Shown here: piece after piece, positions 30,232 through 43,639 of the stretch | How positions within the stretch are numbered: position 1 is the first letter of the stretch | Layout of the letters: each line of letters begins with the position of its first letter | Origin: Pholidichthys leucotaenia | Taxonomy: Eukaryota | Reading direction: 5' to 3' | Length of the DNA stretch: 64,000 bases | Assembly: GCA_020510985.1 (NCBI GenBank) | Contig: CM035843.1 | Coordinates: 157,251,922-157,315,921, forward strand | Translations under genes and position numbers: made by a program | The notes under the pieces: model-generated | What the model was told of the DNA's origin: nothing | The model's database searches: none | Seen by the model: the letters and a program-made list of their open reading frames with translations, nothing else

Positions 30232-30415
30232 GCTCCACTGATCTCTATAGAAAACCTGAATAGCTCACACCCCATTAGCGAGTACAGAGCCGAGTGAAGC
30301 CACCTGGCTGCTATATTAGTACTGAGTGTTCATAGTGTACTAATATGGTGGCCAGGTGGCTTCACTTCTGGCAGCCAATGATCCAGCCAGTTTTTTCTAT
30401 AGAGGTCAGTGGCGC
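30232..30415. repeat. Long imperfect palindrome / foldback (~180 bp; arms 'gtgaagccacctggctgctatattagtac' / 'gtactaatatggtggccaggtggcttcac', outer arms 'ctctatagaaaacc' / 'ttttttctatagagg')
   Basis: Read directly from the sequence. Confidence 0.6.
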
Positions 30416-30755
30416 GCTCCTAATCGGACAGTGACAGCGAGAGTAAGTGACTGGAAATGCGAATGTTTCATCCTTCAACATACACAAAACTTTTCATACA
30501 TTCTGTAGGATGGAGAGTAAATTTTTGAAGCCTGGATAAGATGTCCTAATTGACAAAGGACTTAAAAACAAATGGCGCTAGGTGTGGATCGAAGAAATGG
30601 GCAGAGACGGCAAGCTTTTTGGTAGCTGGTGCAAAAAAATTGGAGAACCAGGGGTCTGTTTCTGCCAGCACCTTATGATGCTGGTTTCTGCACGTTGTGT
30701 TCGAAAAAGCTCATGTATGCAACTAGCGGTAAAAAGGTGTCAACACGTCACGAAC

Positions 30756-32340
30756 TACAGTGGGGCAAAAAAGTATTTAGTCAGCCACCAATTGAGCAAG
30801 TTCTCCCACTTAAAAGATGAGAGAGGTCTCCAATTTTCATCATAGGTATACCTCAACTATGAGAGACAAAATGAGAAAAAAAAAATCCAGAAAATCACAT
30901 TGAAAGATTTTTAATGAATTAATTGGTAAATTCCTCAGTAAAATAAGTATTTGGTCACCTACAAACAAGCAAGATTTCTGGCTCTCACAGACCTGTAACT
31001 TCTTTAAGAGGCTCCTCTGTCCTCCACTCGTTACCTGTATTAATGGCACCTGTTTGAACTCGTTATCAGTATAAAAGACATCTGTCCACAACCTCAAACA
31101 GTCAGACTTCAAACTCCACTATGGCCAAGACCAAAGAGCTGTCAAAGGACACCAGAAACAAAATTGTAGACCTGCACCAGGCTGGGAAGACTGAATCTGC
31201 AATAGGTAAGCAGCTTGATGTGAAGAAATCAACTGTGGGAGCAATTATTAGAAAATGGAAGACATACAAGACCACTGATAATCTCCCTCGATCTGGGGCT
31301 CCACGCAAGATCTCACCCCGTGGGGTCAAAGTTATCACGAGAACGGTGAGCAAAAATCCCAGAACCACATGGGGGGACCTAGTGAATGACCTGCAGAGAG
31401 CTGGGACCAAAGTAACAAAGGCTACATCAGAAACACACTATGCCGCCAGGGACTCAAATCCTGCAGTGCCAGACGTGTCCCCCTGCTTAAGCCAGTACAT
31501 GTCCAGGCCCGTCTGAATTTTGCTAGAGAGCATTTGGATGATCCAGAAGAGGATTGGGAGAATGTCATATGATCAGATGAAACCAAAATAAAACTTTTTG
31601 GTAAAAACTCAACTTGTCGTGTTTGGAGGAGAAAGAACACCATACCTACTGTGAAGCATGGGTGTGGAAACATCATACTTTGGGGCTGTTTTTCTGCAAA
31701 GGGACCGGGACGACTGATCCGTGTAAAGGAAAGAATGAATGGGGCCATGTATCGTGAGATTTTGAGTGAAAACCTCCTTCCACCAGCAAGGGCATTGAAG
31801 ATGAAACGTGGCTGGGTCTTTCAGCATGACAGTGATCCCAAACACACCGCCCGGGCAACGAAGGAGTGGCTTCGTAAGAAGCATTTGAAGGTCCTGGAGT
31901 GGCCTTGCCAGTCTCCAGATCTCAACCCCATAGAAAATCTTTGGAGGGAGTTGAAAGTCTGTGTTGCCCAGCGAAAGCCCCAAAACATCCCTGCTCTAGA
32001 GGAGATCTGCATGGAGGAATGGGCCAAAATACTAGCAACAGTGTGTGAAAACCTTGTGAAAACTTACAGAAAACGTTTGACGTCTGTCATTGCCAACAAA
32101 GGGTATATAACAAAGTATTGAGATGAAGTTTTTTTATTGACCAAATACTTATTTTACCGAGGAATTTACCAATTAATTCATTAAAAATCCTTCAATGTGA
32201 TTTTCTGGATTTTTTTTTTTCCTATTTTGTCTCTCATAGTTGAGGTATACCTATGATGAAAATTGGAGACCTCTCTCATCTTTTAAGTGGGAGAACTTGC
32301 ACAATTGGTGGCTGACTAAATACTTTTTTACCCCACCGTA
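30756..32340 (+). mobile_element. Tc1/mariner element (family 2; TIR 'TACAGTGGGGCAAAAAAGTATTTAGTCAGCCACC'), transposase with one frameshift
   Basis: ORFs at 31121-31516 ('[32 protein letters not shown]…') and 31651-32121 ('…[20 protein letters not shown]…[21 protein letters not shown]…'). Right TIR ends 'ccccaccgta' at 32340. Confidence 0.85.
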
Positions 32341-32591
32341 GATCCGGGCCACAGAGCAGCTGTTTTTGTTAACTGAATTAAAGCTGTAGTTTTCTGTAGT
32401 AATCTAACTTTGTGTGTTTGCCTTTCTATATTTTATAGTATTTAATTTACTGTTATTTCTTTTGAACAAAACAGTTATGGAAATAATGCAGTTTAGAATA
32501 TTGTATACAGTTCACTGTTGCTGTTTATTAAAACTACATGGTGCAAATGATGCACATTCCATTGAAAAATAGTAAATCAATGGCCTTTTCC

Positions 32592-34325
32592 ATATAGAGT
32601 GGTGTGAAAAAGTGTTTGCCCCCTTCCTGATTTCTCATTTTTTTTGTAAGTTTGTCACACTTAAATATTTCAGATCATCAAACAAATTTAAATATTAGAC
32701 AAAGATAACACAAGTAAAAACAAAATGCCGTTTTTAAATGGTAAATGGCATTCACTTATATAGCGCTTTTATTCTCATCTCTTGATGACCAAAGCGCTTT
32801 ACAGATTCAGCTATCCACCCATTCACACACACATTCACACACTGATGGCGGCATGCTGTCTAACATGGCACTTCCAGACCCACCAGGAGCAATTGGGGGT
32901 GAAGTGTCTTGCCTAGGGACACAACGGCAGGATATCCGGGGAGAGCGGGATTCGAACCGCCAACCATGGGGTTATTGGACGACCTGCTCTACCGCCTGAG
33001 CCTGAGCCACTGCCCCCCCTTTTTTAAATGAAGGTATTTATTATTAAAGGGGGAAAAAAAATCCAACCTTACATGGCCCTGTGTGAGAAAGTGACCCCCC
33101 CCCCCCCCCGGTTAAAACATGAATTAACTGTGGTTTATCACATCTTTGGAAAGCTGAGTTCAATTTCTCTAGCCACACCCAAGCCTGATTACTGCCACAT
33201 CTGTTCTCAGTCAAGAAATCACTTAAATAGGACCTGCCTGACAAAGTGAAGTAAACCAAAAGTTCCTCAAAAGCTAGACATCATGCTGTGATCCAGAGAA
33301 ATTGAGGAACAGATGAAAAACAAAGTTAATTGAGATCTATCAGTCTGGAAAAAGTTATAAAGCCATTTCTAAAGCTTTGGGACTCCAGCGAATCACAGTG
33401 AGAGCCATAATCCACAAATGGCCGGCCGACCAAAATTACCCCAAGAGCGCAGCAACGACTCATCCAAGAGGTCACAAAAGACCCCACAACAGCATCTAAA
33501 GGCTCATCTCAGTTTTGCCAGAAAACATCTTGATGATCCCCAAGACTTTTGGGAAAATACTCTGTGGACTGACGAGACAAAAGTTGAGCTTTTTGGAAGG
33601 TGTGTGTCCCATTACATCTGGTGTAAAAGTAACACAGCATTTCAGAAAAGGAACATCATACCAACAGTAAAATATGGTGTTGGTAGTGTGATGGTCTGGT
33701 GCTGTTTTGCTGCTTCAGGAACTGGAAGACTTTCTGTGGTAAATGGAACCATGAATTCTGCTGTCTACCAAAAAATCCTGAAGGAGAATGTCCAGCCATC
33801 TGTTCGTGACCTCAAGCTGAAGCGCACTTGGGTTCTGCAGCAGGACAATGATCCAAAGCACACCAGTAAGTCCACCTCTGAATGGCTTAAGAAAAACAAT
33901 ATGAAGATTTTGGAGTGGCCTAATCAAAGTCCTGACCTGAATCCGATTGAGATGCTGTGGCATGACCTTAAAAAGGCAGTTCATGCTCAACAATCCTCCA
34001 ATGTGGCTGAATTACAAAATTCTACAAATATGAGTGGGTCAAAATTCCTCCACAGCACTGTAAAAGACCCATTGCCAGTTATCACAAATGCTTGATTGCA
34101 GTTGTTGCTGCTTAGGTTGGCCCAACCAGGTATTAGGTTTAGGGGGCAATCACTTTTTCACACACGGCCATGTAGGTTTGGATTTTTTTCCCTTAATAAT
34201 AAACAACTTTATTTAAAAACTGCATTTTGTGTTTACTTGTGTTATCTTTGTCTAATATTTAAATTTGTTTGATGATCTGAAACATGTAAGTGTGACAAAC
34301 ATACAAAAAAATGAGAAATCAAGAA
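32592..34325 (+). mobile_element. Tc1/mariner element (family 3; outer TIR 'agtggtgtgaaaaagtgtttgccc'), degenerate, SINE nested in left TIR, right end truncated
   Basis: Transposase ORF at 33418-34095 ('…WTDETKVELFGR…[51 protein letters not shown]'). The long TIR region is shared with element at 42248-43612. Confidence 0.8.
32735..33010 (-). mobile_element. tRNA-derived SINE (minus orientation) inserted in the TIR of Tc1 family-3 element
   Basis: Reverse complement contains tRNA-like A and B boxes ('tggctcaggc…ggtagagcaggtcgtcc…ggttcgaatcccgctctcccc') followed by a conserved SINE body and '…catttaccatttaaaa' tail. Confidence 0.7.
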
Positions 34326-34489
34326 GAAACCTCATATATATATTTATTTATTATTTTTTTTTTTTTAATGGATGGATGGTTGGACTTTTTTGATCCCAAA
34401 CTGAGAAATTGCAGTGGAACCGCAGCATGACAGTAGACAACCAAATGACAGAAACACTCTCATGACAAAGAGATTACCCATGGAAAGTA

Positions 34490-37400
34490 AAACTAATAAG
34501 ATAAGATAAGATAAGCCTTTATTAGTCCCACAACGGGGAAATTCCAGGATTGCAACAGCACAGGGATAGCAACACTCAGAGCAACAATCAGAAGGCAAGA
34601 AAAAAAAAAACAAGCAAGCAAGAGCAGCTAATATACATATGTACATATTACTATAAAATATATATATACACACACAGACACACAGTGCAGAGCATTGTAG
34701 CTGGATGGAATAAATATATGAATATATGAATACTACTATAGTACTACTACTACTACTAATACTACTATAAAGCCTATGTACATCATAGCTTAATATATGA
34801 TGGCCCGTATAAACACATGAATCATATCCGCTGCACGATGCAGGACTATCAGAAGTAGAGTGAAATGTGAGGCACCAGTCAGACTGTAAGGTGCAATGTG
34901 GCAGCATAGTTATGAGCCGAATACAACATCATAGTGAGTTATTGTACAGTGAAATGGCATGCAGCAGGAAAGATTTCTTGTACCTGGTCATTTGGCAGCG
35001 AAGCTGTAGTAGTCTACTGGAGAAAGTGCTCTGCTGTGTGTCCAGTGTGTGATGGAGGGGGTGATCACAATTGTCCATGATGGATCGCAGTTTATTTAGT
35101 GTTCTTCTCTCCACCACCGTCTCAAAGATCTCCAGCCTGAGACCAATACAGAGCCAGCCCTCTTGATAATCTTGTCAAGTCTGTTGGTGTTGCTGGCTCT
35201 GATACTGCTACCCCAACAGACAGCAGCAAAGATGGCGCTGATGACAGTGGTGTTGTAGAAAAGCTCCAGCATCGTGCTGCACATGTTTAGGGATCTCAGC
35301 TTCCTCAGGAAGTAGAGTCTGCTCATCCCCTTCTTGTGCACAGCATTGGTCAGCATCCTCAACCACCCCACATCCTCCCCCCTAATCTGCAATGGCTGAG
35401 AAGGCGACCTCTTCTTCCTGAAGTCAATCACCATCTCTCTGGTCTTGCTGACATTCAGCCTCAGGTGATTCTGCTCTGTCCACTCCACAAATCTATCTAC
35501 CAGTGCCCTGTACTCTCCCTCCTCTCCCCCTCTTATACACCCCACAACAGCTGAGTCATCAGAGAATTTCTGCAGGTGGCACGACTCAGTGTTGTACTGA
35601 AAGTCAGTGGTGTATAAGATGAAGAGAAAAGAAGAGAGCACAGTCCCCTGTGGAGCTCCCGTATCACTAACCACCACGCCAGACAAGACACTGCCCAGCC
35701 AGTCAAACTGTGGCCTGCCTGTCGGGTAGTCAGTAATCCAGGCATCGATGGAGCGACCCCCATCACTCGCAGCTTCTCACCCAGCAGCAGTGGCTGGATG
35801 GTGTTAAAGGCACTGGAGAAATCAAAAAATGTGATTCTCACAGTGTCTCCTCCACCATCCAGTGCAGATGGGCTTGTTGCAGCAGGTAGATGACAGCATC
35901 TTCAATTCCTAAATGGGGCTGATATGCAATCTGCAGAGGGTCCAGCCACATCTTCACCTGCAGCCTCAGGTGGGCTAAGACCAGTCTCTCCAGGACCTTC
36001 ATCACATGAGATGTGAGGACAGCTGGTCGATAGTCATTCAGGTCTGATGGAGATGACTTCTTGGGGACAGGAACCAGGCAGGACGTCTTCCACAGCACCG
36101 GTACTCTCTCGAGACTCAAGCTCAAGTTGTACAAGTGTTTCAGTACCGGAGCTAGCTGGTTGGCACAGGTCCTCAGGATCCTGGCGGAGATGCCATCAGG
36201 GCCCGCCACCTTCCACTGACAGTCTCTCTCCAGCTGTTTCTTAACCTGGTCTGTAGTCACAGTGATGTGAGGGAGGGTCCTGGTGTCCCCCAAGGAGGAG
36301 GAGGGGGGTGGGGGGGGAGATGGAGAGAGGTGCTGCACAGGACGGTGGAGGGAGGGGTGTGTGAGGGTCTGGCTGTGTTGTAGGGGTGATGGACTATGAG
36401 GTCATTCATTCATTCATCTTCTTCCGCTTAATCCTTTTCGGGTCGCGGGGGGGCGGGGGGCTGGAGCCTATCCCAGCATCTTTGGGCGAGAGGCAAGGTA
36501 CACCCTGGACAGATCGCCAGTCCATCGCAGGGCCAACACAGAGAGACAGACAACCATTCACTCTCACAGTCATACCTAAGGACAATTTAGAATCCCCAGT
36601 TTGATGCCAATTAACCTAACTTGCATGTTTTTGGCATGTGGGAGGAAACCAGAGAAATGCCCAAGTAAACCCACGCAGACATGGGGAGAATATGCAAACT
36701 CCACACAGATCACTGTTGGTCGGGGGCTGGGAGTTGAACCTACTAAAAAACAGATTCAATTCATCAGACCTGGCTCTCAGATGGCTGCCTGACTCTCCCC
36801 TTGCACCCAGTTATTTGTTTCATTCCCTCCCACACATCTTTAGCGTTGTTTTGCCTGAGTTTATCCTCCAGCTTCCTCCTATAATTGTCCTTGCACCTCC
36901 TCAGCATCTCTCTCAGCTCATGCTGCACTCCCCTCAGCTTCTCCTTGTCTCCGGACCTAAAAGCTCTCTTCTTTTTGTTCAGAAGTGCTTTCAGGTCACT
37001 CGTGACCCATGGTCTGTTGTTAGAGAAGCAGTGTACAGTCTGTGCTGGCATGGTCGTGTCCTCACAGAATTTGATGTATTCTGTGATGCAGTCGGTCATA
37101 TTGTCTATGTCCACTCCATGTTGTTCACAGAGTACGCTCCAGTCTGTTGTCTCAAAGCAGTCCTGCAGTGCGTCAGCAGCCTCCCGTGTCCACCTCCTCA
37201 CCGTCCGTGTATAAGCAGACTGGCTTTGCACAAGGGGAATGTGCTTGGGTGACAATATGACCATGCAGTGATCCGATTTGCCAATGGGGGGTAGAGCTGT
37301 GGCACTATATACATCCCAATCCAGTGTTTTTTTTTTCTGGTGGAGCAGTCAACAAACTAGTGAAAGTTTGGTATTGTTTTTCCCAGTGAGACATGATTAA

Positions 37401-37560
37401 AATCACCGTGATGGCCATAAAAGCGTCCGGGTGCTTCTCCAGTAATGTGGCCATAGTGGAGCTGATGATGTCACGGGCCACCGCTGCATCAGCTGACGGA
37501 GGGACGTAGACGATAATTATTAAGGCGCGTGTGTGTGTATGTATATGTACAGTGGTGTGA
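34490..37560 (-). mobile_element. LINE (Rex/L2-like; RT motif 'FDFSSAFNTIQP'), minus orientation, (TTATC)n-tailed 3' UTR at 34490-34930, carrying a nested SINE at 36395-36750
   Basis: Minus-strand ORFs: 36764-37264 (EN-RT linker '…DALQDCFETTDWSVLCEQHG…'), 35838-36338 and 35533-35841 (RT N-terminus), 35096-35686 (RT C-terminus 'LNVSKTREMVIDFRKK…'), 34929-35117 (ORF2 tail). Homologous to the + copy at 44860-47800. Confidence 0.8.
36395..36750 (-). mobile_element. SINE (near full body, minus orientation) nested inside the LINE
   Basis: 36620-36720 is the reverse complement of 62230-62335; 36400-36620 matches 1960-2170. Confidence 0.75.
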
Positions 37561-37647
37561 AAAAGTGTCCTTCCTGATTCCTCATTTTTTTATATGTTTC
37601 AGTGTTTCCTCTGGCTTAAAGACCTTGGCGCGATAAACATACCGGAA

Positions 37648-40047
37648 TACAGTGGGGTAAAAAAGTATTTAGTCAGCCACCAATTGTGCCGGTTCTCCCA
37701 CTTAAAAGATGAGAGAGGTCTCCAATTTTCATCATAGGTATACCTCAACTATGAGAGACAAAATAAGAAAAAAAAAATCCAGAAAATCACATTGAAGGAT
37801 TTTTAATGAATTAATTGGTAAATTCCTTGGTAAAATAAGTATTTGGTCAATAACAAAAGTTCATCTCAGTACTTTGTTATATACCCTTTGTTGGCAATGA
37901 CAGAGGTCAAACGTTTTCTGTAAGTTTTCACAAGGTTTTCACACACTGTTGCTGGTATTTTGGCCCATTCCTCCATGCAGATCTCCTCTAGAGCAGTGAT
38001 GTTTTGGGGCTGTCACTGGGCAACACAGACTTTCAACTCCCTCCAAAGATTTTCTATGGGGTTGAGATCTGGAGACTGGCTCGGCCACTCCAGGACCTTG
38101 AAATGCTTCTTACGAAGCCACTCCTTTGTTGCCCGGGTGGTGTGTTTAGGATCATTGTCATGCTGAAAGACCCAGCCACGTTTCATCTTCAGTGCCCTTG
38201 CTGGTAGATGGAGGTTTTCACTCAAAATCTCACGATACATGGCCCCATTCAGAATCAGAATCAGAATCAGATTTATTGCCATTGTTCATGTAGTACACAA
38301 ACTAGGAATTTGTCTCGATGCCATGCTGCAACATTAAAAACATGATGAGAAAAAGAGATAAACTAAAAAACTAAAGGACTGAAAACATGCAATAAGTGTA
38401 GAAAAATAAGTAATAATAAGTAATAATGATAATAATAATAATAACAATACTAGTAATAATGAGTAGTACTAGTCAAGGCAGTTTTAAAAAATTAGCAAGT
38501 AGCAGATAATGTGAAGTACCACATAGTGCAGTCGATAATGCAACAGAAAACAGTGATGAATGACGTGAGTCTGGTTGAGCTGCTGTACATAGTGCACGAG
38601 AGTCAAAAAGTCATTTAATGTTCAGCAGTCTGATGGCAGAGGGGAAAAAGCTGTTCATGTGCCGGGAGGTTTTAGTCCGAATGGACCGAAGTCTTCTACC
38701 TGAGGGGAGGGGAGCAAACAGTACGTGACCAGGATGTGAAGGATCGGCTATGATCCGGCCAGCACGCCTCCGGGTCCTGGAGATGTACAGGTCCTGGAGA
38801 GATGGGAGCTCGCAGCCTATCACCTTCTCAGCAGTGCGCACGACGCGCTGCAGCCTTAGTCTGTCCCTGGCAGTGGCTCCTGCATACCACACAGTTATGG
38901 AGGAGGTGAGGATGGACTCGATGATGGCCGTGTAGAACTGCACTAACATCTTGGTGGGTAGCTTGAGCTTCCTCAGCTGCCGCAGAAAGAACATCCTCTG
39001 CTGGGCCTTTTTGATGGGCCCAGCAGAGGGCCCATCATCATCAGGGCCCATCAGGGCCATTCATTCTTTCCTTTACACGGATCAGTCATCCTGGTCCCTT
39101 TGGAGAAAAACAGCCCCAAAGCATGATGTTTGCACCCCCATGCTTCACAGTAGGCATGGTGTTCTTTCTCCTCCAAACACGACAAGTTGAGTTTTTACCA
39201 AAAAGTTCCATTTTGGTTTGATCTGACCATATGACATTCTCCCAGTACTCTTCTGGATCATCCAAATGCTCTCTCGCAAACTTCAGACGGGCCTGGACAT
39301 GTACTGGCTTAAGCAGGGGGACACGTCTGGCACTGCAGGATTTGAGTCCCTGGTGGCGTAGTGTGTTTCTGATGTAGCCTTTGTTACTTTGGTCCCAGCT
39401 CTCTGCAGGGCATTCACTAGGCCCCCCCATGTGGTTCTGGGATTTTTGCTCACCATTCTCGTGATAATTTTGACCCCACGGGGTGAGATCTTGCGTGGAG
39501 CCCCAGATCGAGGGAGATTATCAGTGGTCTTGTTTGTCTTCCATTTTCTAATAATTGCTCCCACAGTTGATTTCTTCACACCAAGCTGCTTACCTATTGC
39601 AGATTCAGTCTTCCCAGCCTGGTGCAGGTCTACAATTTTGTTTCTGGTGTCCTTTGACAGCTCTTTGGTCTTGGCCATAGTGGAGTTTGGAGTCTGACTG
39701 TTTGAGGTTGTGGACAGGTGTCTTTTATACTGATAACGAGTTCAAACAGGTGCCATTAATACAGGTAACGAGTGGAGGACAGAGGAGCCTCTTAAAGAAG
39801 AAGTTACAGGTCTGTGAGAGCCAGAAATCTTGCTTGTTTGTAGGTGACCAAATATTTATTTTACTGAGGAATTCACCAATTAATTCATTAAAAATCCTTC
39901 AATGTGATTTTCTGGATTTTTTTTTTTCTCATTTTGTCTCTCATAGTTGAGGTATACCTATGATGAAAATTGGAGACCTCTCTCATCTTTTAAGTGGGAG
40001 AACTTGCACAATTGGTGGTTGACTAAATACTTTTTTGCCCCACTGTA
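37648..40047 (-). mobile_element. Tc1/mariner element (family 2), minus orientation, disrupted by an ~800-bp LINE 3' fragment insertion (38259-39050) with about 10-bp target-site duplication 'ggccccattca / gggccattca'
   Basis: TIR 'tacagtggggtaaaaaagtatttagtcagccacc' at 37648; end 'ccccactgta' at 40047. Transposase N-terminus at 39283-39678 (-). The inserted ORF at 38611-39060 (-) is a LINE ORF2 C-terminus '…HPGHVLFAPLPSGRRLRSIRTKTSRHMNSFFPSAIRLLN' with a (CTGATT)n tail. Confidence 0.8.
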
Positions 40048-40899
40048 TGTTAATTTTATGCTATTTATTTCTTTTCAAAATTTTACACAGTAACGTTGCA
40101 TATGGAACTTACCGTCTGAAGTACTGTACAACCAAGGCTTGAATATTGGGCCAGTTGGGTTCCCACCCAGACATCCTGTGTTTAGACTTTTTAGTGGTGT
40201 TATCCTTCTCTCCTTCCTCTGCCTGAACACTTTCCTCTCCTTGGCTCCTCTCTTCTGTCTCATCTTGCCCTCCCTGAGGTCTATCTAATTCAGGTTCTCT
40301 CTCAGTCTATGGTGGTATACAAATAGGTTAGAAAATATCAAGTGTCATGTTTTGTCCTGCAGGATTTTTTTGTCATGGTTTACATAAATGACAAAAATAT
40401 GTGTATTTTTTGTATTTTTATTCTAGTGTTTCTTTTTTTCCATTGAGAGAGTAGGGAAGGGAAAGAAACATTCATAATAGTAATGTACTGTGCATACTTA
40501 AATTATATGATCAGGTGGGTATAGTAACCAGAAATTCTACTCATGTAAAAGCAGTGCTTTGAAATTAATAATTAAAAGTAGGCAACCAAAAATTTCTATT
40601 TGAGTTAAGGGTACAAAGAGCGCCCACTTAAAAACTTGAGTAATGACTTCAGTCTTGAAGGTTTGAGGTTTTTCTCAAAAATTTATAACAATTTTCTTAT
40701 AGTTTTCTACTTTTCTCTGTAAATCTATCTAAAGTTGAAACCATGTTCCTCAAATTTGTAATTTCCTCTTGTAAAATTGACTTTTTTGTACATTTGAAGC
40801 TTTATTATAAATTTGTGCATTATTTTATGACTAATTTTTGTCTGTTTTTTTTTTTAATTAGTTTTTTGTTAGATAAATTTGAAACAGACTGTGGTATTT

Positions 40900-41220
40900 T
40901 TTTTTACTCTTTCCTTATAACAATTTACATTTTTGACAGCTTCCTCCCACAAGCTGTCAGGATGCTGAACAGCTGACCCGGAATCTCACATACACACTAC
41001 TGCACCTATGGACATTTTGTATATTATAGTTAGTTATTCTTTTTCCCCAAGTATGTCTCAGGGATGTGTGAATGGATGGGGGGGTGGGAGCTATGTGGGA
41101 GTGTGTCTTAATCATGCTGCTTCTTATATGGATGCCGAGAGAAACGCAATTTCATCTTGCCTGCACTACAGTTGTATGTACAGCAATATGACAATAAAGT
41201 TTGATTTGATTTGATTTTTG
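40900..41220 (+). mobile_element. LINE 3'-terminal fragment (ORF2 last residues '…SFLPQAVRMLNS*' plus 3' UTR with (GATTT)n tail)
   Basis: Homology to the C-termini at 47700-47793 and 38611-38660. Confidence 0.55.
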
Positions 41221-42247
41221 ACCATAACTTTGCAGTCAGAACAGAACAATAATTTAACTCTGATTACAAAGAAAAAATTTTAATAACATTGTATTTAATG
41301 AAATAAATTAAATTAAATGACCAAGGATGCCATTATTTCTGTTATAGTATTTCTTTATAGTTTTTTTTTTTTGGTTGGTTTTTTTTTTAGAAATCTCGTT
41401 ACCACCCAGACAGCAGGAAAAACCTCCCTTATTTTGAAATCAAATGTTGACACGTTTAGTTTGTCTGAAGGCTGCTGACAGATTAAAGTCATTGACTTCG
41501 TGAATTTCGGTCATCTTAACCTGCCAGGCACATAATAGGGAACTGTAGCGGACTCTAAAGACATAATTCACCACAATATGTGTTCATGAACAGAATGATC
41601 TGTTTAGGCAGTTACAGTTGTGCGCTCAGGCTTTCTCATCAGGCACCTCTCTAGGCAGTTTAGAGCTAGTGTTTTTAGCTGTTGCTTTTTGTCACTGCCA
41701 CTGGAGAATAAAAACGGTACGCCTGCTCGTGCGAGAAAAGAGAGAAATTGCCAGTCTCTTCATTCCTGCAATTCCTACAGAACATAACTCAATATTGTAG
41801 TGGCTGGTGAAATATATCCTCAGCAATTCATCAATCCCCCTTGCCTTTCCCTTCATATGAAGCTGGCTGCATATGAATTCTAACCACATCTCTTAGCTAA
41901 GCGACTCTTCCGTTATTGCCCCTGTTTCCACAGGGTTAAAACCATGATAAACGCCAGTGCTTACATACCGCTTATGATTTTTTTTCCACGTTTAAAGTAC
42001 TTTAACAAAGTACTTTCTGTCAGATAGTCACGCTTAGCGAGACACTGTTTGCTGACTGACTGGAAAACTCGCGTGGGCAGGACGCTTCTAAACTCCGCGC
42101 GGATGACGGCCACACGCGTTGTTCGTGTGCGCGTTTGCGGAGTCATTGCTTCATATATTTTTCTTAATAAATTCATATCGCCTTGGGGTGGCCGTACAAT
42201 TTCTGGCACAGCGGGCCGCCACCGAGAAATGTTACCAGAGGAAACCC

Positions 42248-43612
42248 TGTGTTTGTCACACTTAAATGTCTCAGATCATTTAACAAATTTAAATGTTAGA
42301 CAAAGATAACGCAAGTAATTACAAAATGCAGTTTCTAAATGAAGGTATTTATTATTAAGGGGAAAAAATCCAAACCTACATGGCCCTGTGTGAAAAAGTG
42401 ATTGCCCCTAAACCTAATAACTGGTTGGGCCACCCTTAGAAGCAACAACTGCAGTCAAGCGTTTGTGATAACTGGCAATGAGTCTTTTACAGTGCTGTGG
42501 AGGAATTTTGGTCCACTCATCTTTGCAGAATTCTTGTAATTCAGCCACATTGGAGGGTTTTCGAGCATGAACTGCCTTTTTAAGGTCGTGCCACAGCATC
42601 TCAATTGGATTCAGGTCAGGACTTTGATTAGGCCACTCCAAAGTCTTCATTTTGTTTTTCTTAAGCCATTCAGAAGTGGACTTGCTGGTGTGTTTTGGAT
42701 CATTGTCCTGCTGCAGATCCCAAGTGCGCTTTAGCTTGAGGTCATGGACAGATGGTCGGACATTCTCCTTCATGATTTTTTGGTAGACAGAAGAATTCAT
42801 AGTTCCATTTACCACAGCAAGTCTTCCTGGTCCCGAAGCAGCAAAACAGCCCCAGACCATCACACTACCACCACCATATTTTACTGTTGGTATGATGTTC
42901 CTTTTCTGAAATGCTGTGTTACTTTTACACGGGATGTAATGGGACACACACCTTCCAACTGTCTGTCCAACTGACTGTCTTGTCAGTCCACAGAGTATTT
43001 TCCCAAAAGTCTTGAGGATCATCAAGATGTTTTCTGGCAAAATTGAGACAAGCCTTTGTTCTTTTTGCTCAGCAGGTGTTTTCGTCTTGGAACATTGTTG
43101 GCCATTTTTGGCCAGTCTCTTTCTTATGATGGAGTCATGAACACTGATCTTAACTGAGGCAAGTGAGGTCTGCAGTTCTTTGGATGTTGTTGTGGGGTCT
43201 TTTTGTGACCTCTTGGATGAGTCGCCGCTGCGCTGTTAGGGTAATTTTGGTCAGTCAACCGCTCCTGGGAAGGCTCACCACTGTTCCATGTTTTCCCCAT
43301 TTGTGGATAATGGCTCTCACTGTGGTTCGCTGGAGTCTCAGAGCTTTAGAAATGGCTTTATAACCTTTTCCAGACTGATATGTCTGTTACTTTGTTTCTC
43401 ATTTATTCCTGAATTTCTTTGAATTGCAGCATGATGTCTAGCTTTTGAAGATCTTTTGATCTACTTCACTTTGTCAGGCAGGTCCTATTTAAGTGATTTC
43501 TTGATTGAGAACAGGTGTGGGAATAATCAGGCCTGGGAAATTGAACTCAGCTTTCCAAAGACATGATAAACCACAGTTAATTTATGTGTTGGGGGGGGGG
43601 TGCGGCTGGTGG
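42248..43612 (-). mobile_element. Tc1/mariner element (family 3), minus orientation, both ends truncated; 208-aa C-terminal transposase ORF
   Basis: ORF at 42414-43040 (-) '…TVKYGGGSVMVWGCFAASGPGRLAVVNGTMNSSVYQKIMKENV…[68 protein letters not shown]…'. Confidence 0.8.
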
Positions 43613-43639
43613 GGATCCTACCCTAGCGGGTGAAATTCT